Origin: Alphaproteobacteria bacterium
Lineage (GTDB): Bacteria; Pseudomonadota; Alphaproteobacteria; Caulobacterales; Caulobacteraceae
Assembly (NCBI GenBank): GCA_031367485.1
Contig: JANLPX010000087.1
Coordinates: 3,477 to 67,476 of the forward strand
Length of the DNA: 64,000 bases
Reading direction: 5' to 3'
The translations under genes and the position numbers were made by a program. The notes beneath the pieces were generated by a model. The model made no database searches. It was not told the DNA's origin and saw nothing but the letters and a program-made list of their open reading frames with translations. Below are positions 9,601-18,396 of the stretch, piece by piece (the stretch's first letter is position 1; every line of letters starts with the position of its first letter).

Positions 9601-9680
9601 TCGCCCTCCCTACAATCAAGACACTATGACCTTGTCGAGTTGACTTGCGGAAGGGGCCTTGCCGGACTTAAGAGCTGGAT

Positions 9681-10151
9681 ATGCGAATTGGATTGATCAC
9701 CGCGTTTGTACTTCTGGCCCTCGGGACGAGTTCCGAAGCCGCAACCTTTCAGCAGGGCGGGCTTAGGATCAGTGAGCCTTGGTCACGATCGGCAGCGGCC
9801 CACACCACTGGAGCTGGATATCTAACTCTGACCAACACCGGCAAAGTCGCCGAAACGCTCATGGCGATTGAAACCCCCGCCGCAGCGCGCGTCGAAATGC
9901 ACAAAACCTCAATGGCAGCAGGTATGATGTCCATGAAGCGACTGGATAAGGGCCTGATTTTGCGGCCTGGGGAGTCGGTCAGTTTCGCGCCTGGCGGCTA
10001 TCACCTGATGCTTGTCGACTTGAACAAGGCCCTCAAGGCCGGAGACGCGTTTCCGGCTACCCTAGCGTTTCTATCGGGCACCAAGATCCAGGTGGTTTTT
10101 CCGGTCAAGGCTACCGGCTCGGTTGGTGCCGATCACATGAGCCATCATTAG
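9681..10151 (+). CDS. Periplasmic copper chaperone PCuAC
   Basis: Signal peptide; EMH...MMSM...PGGYHLML copper-binding motif. Confidence 0.9.
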   Translation: MRIGLITAFVLLALGTSSEAATFQQGGLRISEPWSRSAAAHTTGAGYLTLTNTGKVAETLMAIETPAAARVEMHKTSMAAGMMSMKRLDKGLILRPGESVSFAPGGYHLMLVDLNKALKAGDAFPATLAFLSGTKIQVVFPVKATGSVGADHMSHH

Positions 10152-10265
10152 GCCAAGGGTCTGAATGAGGTTTTCGGGGCTTCCAACTTACGAAAATGTA
10201 ACGTGGCCAGCGCGTTCACGACCGGCATGATGTTCTATCCCCCGCCCCCGCCTCAAAGGTCAATT

Positions 10266-12302
10266 ATGAAAAGTCATTGGTTTGCCACCGCTACGGCACT
10301 TTGTGTTCTATTCGCACAGCCCGCGATGGCTGCCGACGCAGACCTCAGGGCCGCCCGTATGGGGACCTGGGGCTATGACATGGCGGGTCGAAATACCGAT
10401 ATTGCGCCGGGACAGGACTTCTTTGATCACGCCAATGGCGGCTTTGTGGATAGACTGGTGATCCCGGCAGACCGCACGCGCTATGGATCGTTCGACGCCC
10501 TTCGAGAGCTGTCAACCCAGCGGATGCGGGCGGTGGTTGAAACTGCGGCGGCTACCAAGACTGCCAAGGGTGACGAGGCGAGGATCGGGACGCTCTATCG
10601 CAGCTTTATGGACGAAGCCAAGGTGGAAAGCCTGGGCACAAAGCCGATAGGATCCGCCCTAGCGGCTATCCGAAAGGCAAGGAGCGCCTCGGACATCGCA
10701 CGGATAATGGGGCAAAGCCAAAGGGGATTTGGCAACTCGATCTTCGGTGCCTTTGTCTATGATGATGCCAAGGATCCATTGCGATACACGACCTATCTTG
10801 GCCAAGCTGGTCTCGGGCTGCCTGATCGCGACTATTACCTAGACGCCAAGTTCGCGCCCCAAAAAGCCAAATACGAGGCCTATGTCGGACAACTTCTGAC
10901 GCTTTCAGGTTGGGAAAATCCTGTGGAAAACGCCAAGGCTATTGTCGCGTTAGAGACTGAGATCGCCAAGGTATCCTGGACTCGCGCCGAACGACGCGAC
11001 GCTACAAAAACCTATACCCCGATGGACGTTGCGGACCTACCCCGCTTTGCTCCGGGGTTTGACTGGAAAGCCTTCCTGGCCGGTTCTGGAATGACCAATG
11101 CCAAGCGGGTTGTTCTGAGAGAAAACACTGCTTTCCCCAAGATCGCGGCCATATACGCCACGACGCCTCTATCTACCCTGAAGGCATGGACCGCATTTGG
11201 CATCGCCGATCAGGCCGCGCCCTATTTGCCCAAGGCGTTCGACCGAGCTCACTACGATTTCCGGGACAAGACCCTAGCTGGCCAACTGGAACAACAGGCC
11301 CGTTGGAAACGTGGTGTCGCCCTGGTGGACGGACAAATCGGCGAGGCGCTCGGCCGCCGCTATGTTGAGACCTATTTCCCGGCCTCGGCCAAGGCGACCA
11401 TGCAGGGTTTGGTGGGAGATATCCTGACCGCCATGAAGGGCCGCATTGAACATCTGGACTGGATGGGTGACGCCACCAAGGGCAAGGCCCTTGAGAAGCT
11501 GTCTAAGGTTAGCGTTATGATCGCTTATCCGGATACGTGGCGCGACTATTCCGCCTTGGCCCTCAAAGAGGGTGATCTCTACGGTAATGTGGAGCGCGCC
11601 ATAGGCTTTGAGGCCAATCGGACGACCCAGCGCCTTAATGACCCCGTGGACCGCAAGGAATGGGGCATGACCCCGCCCACGGTGAATGCCTATTACTCCC
11701 AGACCAAGAACGGAATCGTCTTCCCAGCGGCCATTTTGCAACCGCCATTCTTTGATCCGCAGGGCGATATGGCGATCAATTATGGGGCGATCGGCGGGGT
11801 CATCGGCCATGAGATTACCCACGGCTTCGACGACCAGGGCCGCAGTTCCGATAGCGACGGCCGCTTGACGCAATGGTGGACACCTGAAGACGACGCGAAG
11901 TTCAAGGCCAAGGCGGCTAAGCTTGGCGCGCAATACTCTGCTATTGAGATCCTACCCGGCGCGCGCATCAATGGGGATCTCACCATGGGCGAGAACATCG
12001 CCGACTTGGGTGGGCTACTCTTGGCGTTGGATGCCTATCACGTCTCGCTTAAGGGCCAGCCAGCTCCGGTGATCGACGGCCTGACCGGCGACCAGCGGGT
12101 GTTTCTGGGCTGGGCACAGGTGTGGCGCGGCAAGTCACGAGAAGAGCGGGCGCGTCAGATGTTGGTGGCAGATCCACATTCGCCGGAGCGGGCGCGTGTT
12201 AACGTGCCGGTTCGCAATATTGATGCCTTCTACGAGGCGTTTGGGGTCAAGCCTGGCGACAGGATGTACATAGCCCCGGAGAATAGAGTTCGGATCTGGT
12301 AG
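10266..12302 (+). CDS. M13 (neprilysin/PepO-like) zinc metallopeptidase, secreted
   Basis: VNAYY, GHEITHGFDDQG, GENIAD, DPHSP motifs; signal peptide from ATG 10266. Confidence 0.94.
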   Translation: MKSHWFATATALCVLFAQPAMAADADLRAARMGTWGYDMAGRNTDIAPGQDFFDHANGGFVDRLVIPADRTRYGSFDALRELSTQRMRAVVETAAATKTAKGDEARIGTLYRSFMDEAKVESLGTKPIGSALAAIRKARSASDIARIMGQSQRGFGNSIFGAFVYDDAKDPLRYTTYLGQAGLGLPDRDYYLDAKFAPQKAKYEAYVGQLLTLSGWENPVENAKAIVALETEIAKVSWTRAERRDATKTYTPMDVADLPRFAPGFDWKAFLAGSGMTNAKRVVLRENTAFPKIAAIYATTPLSTLKAWTAFGIADQAAPYLPKAFDRAHYDFRDKTLAGQLEQQARWKRGVALVDGQIGEALGRRYVETYFPASAKATMQGLVGDILTAMKGRIEHLDWMGDATKGKALEKLSKVSVMIAYPDTWRDYSALALKEGDLYGNVERAIGFEANRTTQRLNDPVDRKEWGMTPPTVNAYYSQTKNGIVFPAAILQPPFFDPQGDMAINYGAIGGVIGHEITHGFDDQGRSSDSDGRLTQWWTPEDDAKFKAKAAKLGAQYSAIEILPGARINGDLTMGENIADLGGLLLALDAYHVSLKGQPAPVIDGLTGDQRVFLGWAQVWRGKSREERARQMLVADPHSPERARVNVPVRNIDAFYEAFGVKPGDRMYIAPENRVRIW

Positions 12303-12305
12303 GGC

Positions 12306-13487
12306 TTAAGGCACGGGGCGATTAAGGATCGCCCGCGCGGCCCAGGCTCCCGTGGCGAGGCAGGCCTGCAAGAGATAGCCACCGGTCGGAGCCTCCCAGT
12401 CCAGCATCTCGCCGACCACATAGGTGTTGGGTACGGCGTGCAGCTGCAGGTCCGGCCCAACAGCCGAGAAAGCCACACCCCCCGCGCTCGAAATGGCGCG
12501 GGCTAGAGGCCTGATGCCCGTCAGCTGCAAAGGCGCGTGCTTGATAGCCTTAGCCAAGGCAGCGGCCTCGACGGGTAGCTTCAAACCATGGGCCTCACGC
12601 AGCAGGTGTACCTCCAATGATGAGAGGCCAGCGGCCTTACGCAGGCGATTGGCGAGGGTTTCTCCTGGCCGGGCCTGAGCAAGCCGCGAGGCGATGTCGG
12701 CCTCTTTGAGGCTAGGCCGCAGATCAATCTGGAGCGTGGCGGCCCCGTTCGCCAGGATCGCGTCGCGTAACGGTGCCGACAGCGCGTAGACCGCCCCGCC
12801 CTCTAAGCCATAGTCAGTGACCATGGCCTCGCCGGGGACAGATTGGCCGGCAAAGCTCAGGGCGACAGCTTTCAAGGGTTGGCCACCGAAACGCGCGCGA
12901 AATATTGCGCTCCAGGCGACATCAAACCCGCCATTGGCCGGCTTGAAGGGATTTAGGGTGACGCCTTGCGCCTGCAGTGTGGGCAGCCAGGATCCGTCCG
13001 ACCCCAGCCGCGGCCAGCTGGCTCCACCCAGGGCAAGAATCGTCGCATCTGGACCCAGCACGCCGGATCGAGGTTCCCAACCGCGCCAAGCCGAACGAGT
13101 TTCGACCCGAACCCCCTGGGCCTGGAGGCGACCGAGCCAAGCGCGGAGCAGGGGCGAGGCCTTCATGGTGGCCGGAAACACCCGCCCGCTGGATCCGACA
13201 AAGGTCTCCTGTCCCAGGTCACGGGCCCAGGCCCGGAGCGCTTCAGGCGGAAAGACTTCCAACATCGGTCTGAGGACTTCGGCGGCGTCGCCATATTGGG
13301 CGACCAAGGACTCAAAAGGTTCGGAATGGGTGAGGTTCAGCCCTCCCCTGCCTGCCATCAGGAACTTGCGGCCAAGCGACGGCATGGCGTCTTGCAATGT
13401 GACCCTTGCACCGCCTTGGCTAAGCACTTGAGCTGCCATCAGGCCAGCCGGTCCGCCTCCGACAATATCGACGTGTAGTGCGGCCAA
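12306..13487 (-). CDS. HI0933/BaiN-like NAD(P)/FAD-dependent flavoprotein
   Basis: GGGPAG, GRKFLMAGRGGLNLT, GEMLDWEAPTGGYLLQ. The start is probably TTG at ~13487; the track's 13727 start would overlap the candidate sRNA. Confidence 0.85.
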   Translation of the reverse strand: MAALHVDIVGGGPAGLMAAQVLSQGGARVTLQDAMPSLGRKFLMAGRGGLNLTHSEPFESLVAQYGDAAEVLRPMLEVFPPEALRAWARDLGQETFVGSSGRVFPATMKASPLLRAWLGRLQAQGVRVETRSAWRGWEPRSGVLGPDATILALGGASWPRLGSDGSWLPTLQAQGVTLNPFKPANGGFDVAWSAIFRARFGGQPLKAVALSFAGQSVPGEAMVTDYGLEGGAVYALSAPLRDAILANGAATLQIDLRPSLKEADIASRLAQARPGETLANRLRKAAGLSSLEVHLLREAHGLKLPVEAAALAKAIKHAPLQLTGIRPLARAISSAGGVAFSAVGPDLQLHAVPNTYVVGEMLDWEAPTGGYLLQACLATGAWAARAILNRPVP

Positions 13488-13584
13488 GGTGCAAGGACTC
13501 CGGGTTGCCGGAACGCCTTTAGAGTATCGGGGGTATCGCGACGATCCAATTATTTTGACACTTTCGTCAAAAATTTCCTCGACC

Positions 13585-13712
13585 AAAAAATAACCCGCTG
13601 CGGGGGATAATCGCAGCGGGTCGTATTTTGAGCTCTCGCTCGTATCGAGCGGGCGTTTCCTCCCCGAAACGCCGGAGACAGAAAGTATTGCGCCTTCTTG
13701 CCTCACGCAGGA
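13585..13712 (-). ncRNA. crfA: Probable CrfA-like small RNA
   Basis: Intergenic, downstream of hisG. TTGACT -35 at 13739-13744, internal hairpin GGCGUUUC-GGGGAG-GAAACGCC, strong terminator (stem 13593-13621, U-tract to 13585). Location and size match my recollection of C. crescentus CrfA. Confidence 0.55.
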
Positions 13713-13836
13713 TCGAAAAGAAGGCAATTCTTACCCTGAGTCAATGCGGTGAAATCGACATTGGGGCCGAAACTAAGCTCGAAACAGCCAAACCTACGGA
13801 TAGGTTAATCTGGATCCTACTTTTTTGACGTCTACG

Positions 13837-14790
13837 TCAATTATTTTCTATCTGGCCGTGCAGTCTCCTAAATGGCGCGCAGTGTGCTTCGAAAACGAAG
13901 TCTGGGCGCGACGCAGTCACCGGGCCGATGCCACGCGCTGTGAGTGACGCTGCCGCCTTCGCCACCATGCCAACCGGCACCAGTAGGCCGTTGGGTCGAC
14001 GGGTGGCACCGTCAGCGACCAGTGCCGAGATGATCGGTTCGTCGTCAAGGCTGGCAGGCCAGATTAAAGTAGCGCTGCTGTGCGCAATCGCTCGGGCCTC
14101 GATAATCCGCAGAAAAGCCTCTGCGGCGGTCAAGTGCGGCACACTCCAGTTGGCACCCAGCGAGGCTGCCAACTGAGCTTGGCTCTTGAGGATGACGCCG
14201 TCGTCGAGCGGCTTGAGACCATTGGCCACCAAGGTCGCCCCGGTTGTGGTGATGTCGACCACGAGTTCGGCCAACCCAGACGCTGGGGCGCCCTCTGTTG
14301 CGCCGCTGGACTCGGTAATCCGATAATCCACGACGCCGTGGCGTGCGAAATAGCTTCGTGTCTGGGCAAGGTACTTGGTGGCGACCCGCATGCGCCGACC
14401 GGTACGAGACAACAAATCGTGGGCGACCTCTTCGAGATCGGCCATGGTCTCTACATCTAGCCAATTCTTGGGAACCGCCACCACGAGATCAGCCCGACCA
14501 AAGCCAAGCGCGCGGAGCAGCATAACGCGACGCTCAAGATCGTCCCCGCGCTCACGCAACAGATCCTCACCGGTAATGCCCATATGGACTTCACCAGCAT
14601 CCAAGGCTTGGGCGATGTCTCCCGCCGACAAAAAGCGGACCTGAATATTCTGAACGCCCTTCAGCTCAGCGCTATAGCCGCGGGCCCCACCGGCCATAGA
14701 AAGGCCTAGGCCACAGTCAGCCAGCCAAGCCTCAACTTGTTCCTTCAGACGACCCTTCGAGGGTAGAGCTAAGATAAGAGGTTCGCTCAT
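13837..14790 (-). CDS. hisG: ATP phosphoribosyltransferase
   Basis: ALPSKGRL, GITGEDLL, RVATKY, GATEGAP, VDITTTGATL. Start ATG 14790 overlaps the hisZ stop. Confidence 0.95.
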   Translation of the reverse strand: MSEPLILALPSKGRLKEQVEAWLADCGLGLSMAGGARGYSAELKGVQNIQVRFLSAGDIAQALDAGEVHMGITGEDLLRERGDDLERRVMLLRALGFGRADLVVAVPKNWLDVETMADLEEVAHDLLSRTGRRMRVATKYLAQTRSYFARHGVVDYRITESSGATEGAPASGLAELVVDITTTGATLVANGLKPLDDGVILKSQAQLAASLGANWSVPHLTAAEAFLRIIEARAIAHSSATLIWPASLDDEPIISALVADGATRRPNGLLVPVGMVAKAAASLTARGIGPVTASRPDFVFEAHCAPFRRLHGQIENN

Positions 14791-15923
14791 GATGCAGGCC
14801 TCAGAACGGCGCGGCCCGGACGAACCATGCAACCAACCGCCCGCCCGTCGTCTGGACCGCCCAATCGGCTAAGCAAACCATCGTACCGGCCCCCGACCGC
14901 GATCGGGAGATCGGGTCCAAGCTCGGCAGACCGAACCTCGAAGGTCAGACCATCATAATAGTCGAAGGTGTGTCCCAGCGCGGTCACGAACCGCACCCGA
15001 TCCATCGGCAGACCGGCTGCGGCCATCCGCTCCAACCGAGTCCCCCAAACCACTATCTCGGCGCGCAACTTGACGGCGTTGCTTCCAGCGAGCGCGGACA
15101 TGTGCTCAAGCGCCGCCCTCGGCGTCGCATCAATGGCTAGGAACGCTCTGATGGCTTCAGCCTGCCGAAGACTTAGCGAGGGAGCCGCCGCCGCTTGCGC
15201 TTTCCGGATTAGACGTTGAGCAATTTCGGCCGGGCCACGTCCACCTACGGGATCAATTCCTGCCAAGGCCCATATGTCTTCAAGCATTCGACTGGCCTCT
15301 TCCGGTGAGCGGGTCGCTAAAATGTCCGTCAGCCCGCCGCCCGAGGGGGGCTTCTCTTCCCGACCGGCCCGCGCCAGTTCAGCTTGCAACAAACGTGGAC
15401 GTGATGCCGCCCGCGTGAGGCGAGCAGCCAGGGCCGGCGGAAGGTGTAGTCCCGCGATCAAGGCTGAGAACAGGCCGACATCACCCAGCCAAATCGAAAG
15501 GTCAGACCGACCGCCCGCACTTGCCGCATGCCAAGCCAGACTCACAACATCAACATCAGCCTGCGGTGAGACCTGACCGCGATCAAATCGTTCCAGGCCG
15601 ATCTGGGGAAATTCCTCCGGATTCTGGGTCATCGGTGGCGCGGCCCGAAACACCATGCCCTCGTAAAGATAGAGCCCGGAAGAGGCAGGCTGATCGAGGT
15701 GCATTCGCGCCACCGGCACGGTGAAATCAGGACGCAAACACGCTTCTTCACCGCCCTCTGATTGCACGACAAAAAGCCGAGACCGCAGGGCCTCACCCGC
15801 CAATTCGAGTAGCAGGCCAAGCGGCTGCAAAATCGGCGTGTCGACGATCTGTGCGCCCACAGCAAGAAACGGTGCGCGTATGGCGGCCAACTTTTCTGGC
15901 GGGACGCGAGGCTCTGAACGCAT
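14787..15923 (-). CDS. hisZ: ATP phosphoribosyltransferase regulatory subunit
   Basis: HisRS-like LRPDFT, QIGLE, YYDGLTFE, GGRYDGL; no anticodon domain; lies between hisS and hisG. Confidence 0.92.
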   Translation of the reverse strand: MRSEPRVPPEKLAAIRAPFLAVGAQIVDTPILQPLGLLLELAGEALRSRLFVVQSEGGEEACLRPDFTVPVARMHLDQPASSGLYLYEGMVFRAAPPMTQNPEEFPQIGLERFDRGQVSPQADVDVVSLAWHAASAGGRSDLSIWLGDVGLFSALIAGLHLPPALAARLTRAASRPRLLQAELARAGREEKPPSGGGLTDILATRSPEEASRMLEDIWALAGIDPVGGRGPAEIAQRLIRKAQAAAAPSLSLRQAEAIRAFLAIDATPRAALEHMSALAGSNAVKLRAEIVVWGTRLERMAAAGLPMDRVRFVTALGHTFDYYDGLTFEVRSAELGPDLPIAVGGRYDGLLSRLGGPDDGRAVGCMVRPGRAVLRPAS

Positions 15924-15926
15924 GTT

Positions 15927-17393
15927 CTAGGCCTCCAAAATGCGAAGCAGGGTCGGGATTAGATCGCCACGCGACACCGTCTGTTGACCCGGGCGTTCGG
16001 CGCGCCAAGCGTCGTTATCTTTGACGCCCGCAGACAGCTCCCGGCCCAAATCCAGATCCTTGATGGTCACCGTACCCGCCGCAATCTCGTCTCCACCCAG
16101 GATGACAGCGGCTGGCGAAAGACGCCGGTCGGCATATTTCATCTGCGGTCGCATGCCTGAGGTTCCGAGGTAGACCTCAGCTGCAATCCCGGCCGCGCGC
16201 AGTTCGCCCACCACCTGGAAGTAGGCGGCCATGTCGTCTTGGCTAAAGGCAATCACCACCACTGGACCACGGGCGCGGATAGCTTGGTCCCGGCCTGCAG
16301 CCCGCAGCGCCTGAGCCAAGCGAGAGACGCCGAACGAGAAGCCAGTCGCTGGGACGCGTTCCCCAGTGAAGCGCGCCACCAGATCGTCATATCGGCCGCC
16401 GCCACCGACTGAGCCGAACTTCAGCGGAAGCCCCTTGTCGTCCTTGGTCTGGAGCAACATTTCGGCCTCGAAGACGGTGCCGGTGTAATATTCCAAGCCA
16501 CGAACGATTGAGGGGTCGAACTGGGCCTTGTCCGCGGCAACGCCCATGGATGAGAGCGCCTGATCGATCTGTCGAAGCTCAGCCAAACCCTCATCGCCCT
16601 CAATCGATCCGTCGATCACATTGGCGATCCGGTCCAGAGTTTCAGAACGCCCGGGGGCCCCGGCAGCGGTAAAGGCCAACACGGCCTCGGCGGCGGAGGC
16701 CGATAGCCCTGCCCCCTTGGTGAAGGCCCCGGACTCGTCCTTACGACCCTCGCCCAACAGTAGCCGCACACCGTCAGGGCCCAAGCGGTCGAGCTTATCG
16801 ACGGCGCGTAGCACGCCGAGCTTCTGGCCCTCTGTGGTGACCCCGGCCGTCGCCAAGAGGCCATTCAGCAGTTTGCGGTTATTGATCTTGATGACATAGC
16901 CGCTGTCCGGCAGTCCCGCTGCATTGAGACCCTCGGCCGCCATGGCGATGATTTCAGCGTCGGCTTCCGGTCGGGCCGAGCCCACCGTGTCAGCGTCGCA
17001 CTGTGTGAACTCCCGGTAGCGACCAGGTCCGGGCTTTTCATTGCGCCAGACACTGCCAAAGGCATAGCGGCGGAAAGGCTTGGGTAGTCCCTCCCAGTTT
17101 TGCGCCACGAACCTAGCTAGCGGTGCTGTCAGGTCGTAGCGCAGGGCCATCCACTGCTCGTCATCATCCTGCAGGGCAAAAACCCCCTCATTGGGGCGGT
17201 CGGCGTCGGGCAGGAACTTGCCGAGCGCATCGGCATATTCCAGAGCGCCGGTATCGAGAGCCTCGAAGCCATAGCGCTCGTAAACCTCCGACACCTTGGT
17301 CAATATCTGGCGTTCGGCGGCCAGGTCGCGGACGCGACGGTCGACAAAGCCACGGGGGCTGCGGGCCTCAGGCCGAGAGGATGCATCAGACAT
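15927..17393 (-). CDS. hisS: Histidine--tRNA ligase
   Basis: LRYDLTAP, GRYREFTQCD, RGLEYYTG, GGGRYD, anticodon-binding domain. Confidence 0.97.
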   Translation of the reverse strand: MSDASSRPEARSPRGFVDRRVRDLAAERQILTKVSEVYERYGFEALDTGALEYADALGKFLPDADRPNEGVFALQDDDEQWMALRYDLTAPLARFVAQNWEGLPKPFRRYAFGSVWRNEKPGPGRYREFTQCDADTVGSARPEADAEIIAMAAEGLNAAGLPDSGYVIKINNRKLLNGLLATAGVTTEGQKLGVLRAVDKLDRLGPDGVRLLLGEGRKDESGAFTKGAGLSASAAEAVLAFTAAGAPGRSETLDRIANVIDGSIEGDEGLAELRQIDQALSSMGVAADKAQFDPSIVRGLEYYTGTVFEAEMLLQTKDDKGLPLKFGSVGGGGRYDDLVARFTGERVPATGFSFGVSRLAQALRAAGRDQAIRARGPVVVIAFSQDDMAAYFQVVGELRAAGIAAEVYLGTSGMRPQMKYADRRLSPAAVILGGDEIAAGTVTIKDLDLGRELSAGVKDNDAWRAERPGQQTVSRGDLIPTLLRILEA

Positions 17394-17402
17394 GGCGCGC
17401 GC

Positions 17403-17459
17403 TTAGGCCAAGGCGGCGCGCGCGGCAAGGCGGCGCGGGGTGGATCGAAGGTTTAGCAT
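17403..17459 (-). CDS. Putative 18-aa uORF2 (MLNLRSTPRRLAARAALA)
   Basis: SD AAGGGA 8 nt upstream, inside hairpin 17468-17490; stop 9 nt before the hisS ATG, in frame. Confidence 0.35.
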   Translation of the reverse strand: MLNLRSTPRRLAARAALA

Positions 17460-17463
17460 GGTC

Positions 17464-17530
17464 AAAGTCCCTTGAGTTTAGTCTCAGGGATGGAGCGCGA
17501 CATCGGCCCCATCCGCATTGCGGGGGCCGG
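17464..17530 (-). promoter_or_regulatory. Alternative attenuator hairpins
   Basis: Hairpin 17503-17530, an overlapping alternative stem GGAUGGGGC/GCUCCAUCC (17488-17514), and hairpin 17468-17490 with a short U tail. Confidence 0.55.
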
Positions 17531-17544
17531 TATCGAGGTCTGCT

Positions 17545-17622
17545 TTAGATAAAGCGCACCCCGCCGATCCCGCTATGGCAGGTCAGTTGATGGTGGCCGT
17601 GATGATGCGCGCAGATGCTCAT
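17545..17622 (-). CDS. His-rich leader peptide (MSICAHHHGHHQLTCHSGIGGVRFI)
   Basis: 25-aa ORF with 6 His codons (5 within 6 codons), GAGG upstream, directly 5' of hisS-hisZ-hisG. Confidence 0.75.
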   Translation of the reverse strand: MSICAHHHGHHQLTCHSGIGGVRFI

Positions 17623-17661
17623 GTGGGCAGCCTCATAACCCAAACGGCTTAACAAGGCGAG

Positions 17662-18396
17662 TCAGCCGATGACCCCGGTGCCGCCGGTGGCGGCAATCAC
17701 CTGACCCTGGATGAACTCCGCGTCCGGTGACAGTAGATACTCCACGAGCGAGGCATAGTCGGAATCACGGGTGGCTCGACCTGAGGGATTGGTCCGGGCG
17801 GCACGGTCGACCACGGCCTGGGCGGCTTCCTCCCCGCCAACCATGGAGGCGACCGATGTGGTATGAACCAAGCCAGGTGCGACGCCATTGATGCGAACAC
17901 CGCGCGGCGCAAGCTCGGCCACCAGATAGCGCACAATCGCCTCTGCCAGAGCCTTGCCGACGCCGAGCGCCCCGTAGTTGGTCGAAGGAATCCTCGACCC
18001 CATGCTCGTGATGAAAACGATGCTGGAGCCGCGCGATAGCAGATGCTGTGCCGCATGGACGAGATAGAGCAGCGACAATCCGTTGGTCTCAACCGCCTGG
18101 CGGAACTTGGCGAGGTCAGCCCCCAGGAGAGTCGTTGGATAGATCATGGCGGCAGAATGGACGACGTGGGTCACGGCGCCCGCCTGGGCGATCAGGTCCG
18201 CAGCTCCCTCAGGACTGCCAACATCGCAGCGGACGGTCTGGACCTGCGCACCCAAAGCGGACAGCTCCGCGTGCGCAGCCGCAGCGGCGTCCTCATCACT
18301 ATGATAGGCCAGAACCAGTTTCGGATAAGTCCTGGCCAACCGGCGGGCAATCGCCAGACCGATACCCTTGGTACCGCCGGTGATCAGAACGCTCAT
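17662..18396 (-). CDS. SDR oxidoreductase, FabL/enoyl-ACP reductase-like
   Basis: TGGTKGIG; YGALGVGK (YxxxxxxK divergent SDR active site). Confidence 0.8.
   Translation of the reverse strand: MSVLITGGTKGIGLAIARRLARTYPKLVLAYHSDEDAAAAAHAELSALGAQVQTVRCDVGSPEGAADLIAQAGAVTHVVHSAAMIYPTTLLGADLAKFRQAVETNGLSLLYLVHAAQHLLSRGSSIVFITSMGSRIPSTNYGALGVGKALAEAIVRYLVAELAPRGVRINGVAPGLVHTTSVASMVGGEEAAQAVVDRAARTNPSGRATRDSDYASLVEYLLSPDAEFIQGQVIAATGGTGVIG

Noticed and set aside
13488-13727. N-terminal extension of the flavoprotein ORF
   Set aside because: It precedes the GxGxxG motif that normally starts the family and overlaps a terminator and the candidate sRNA.
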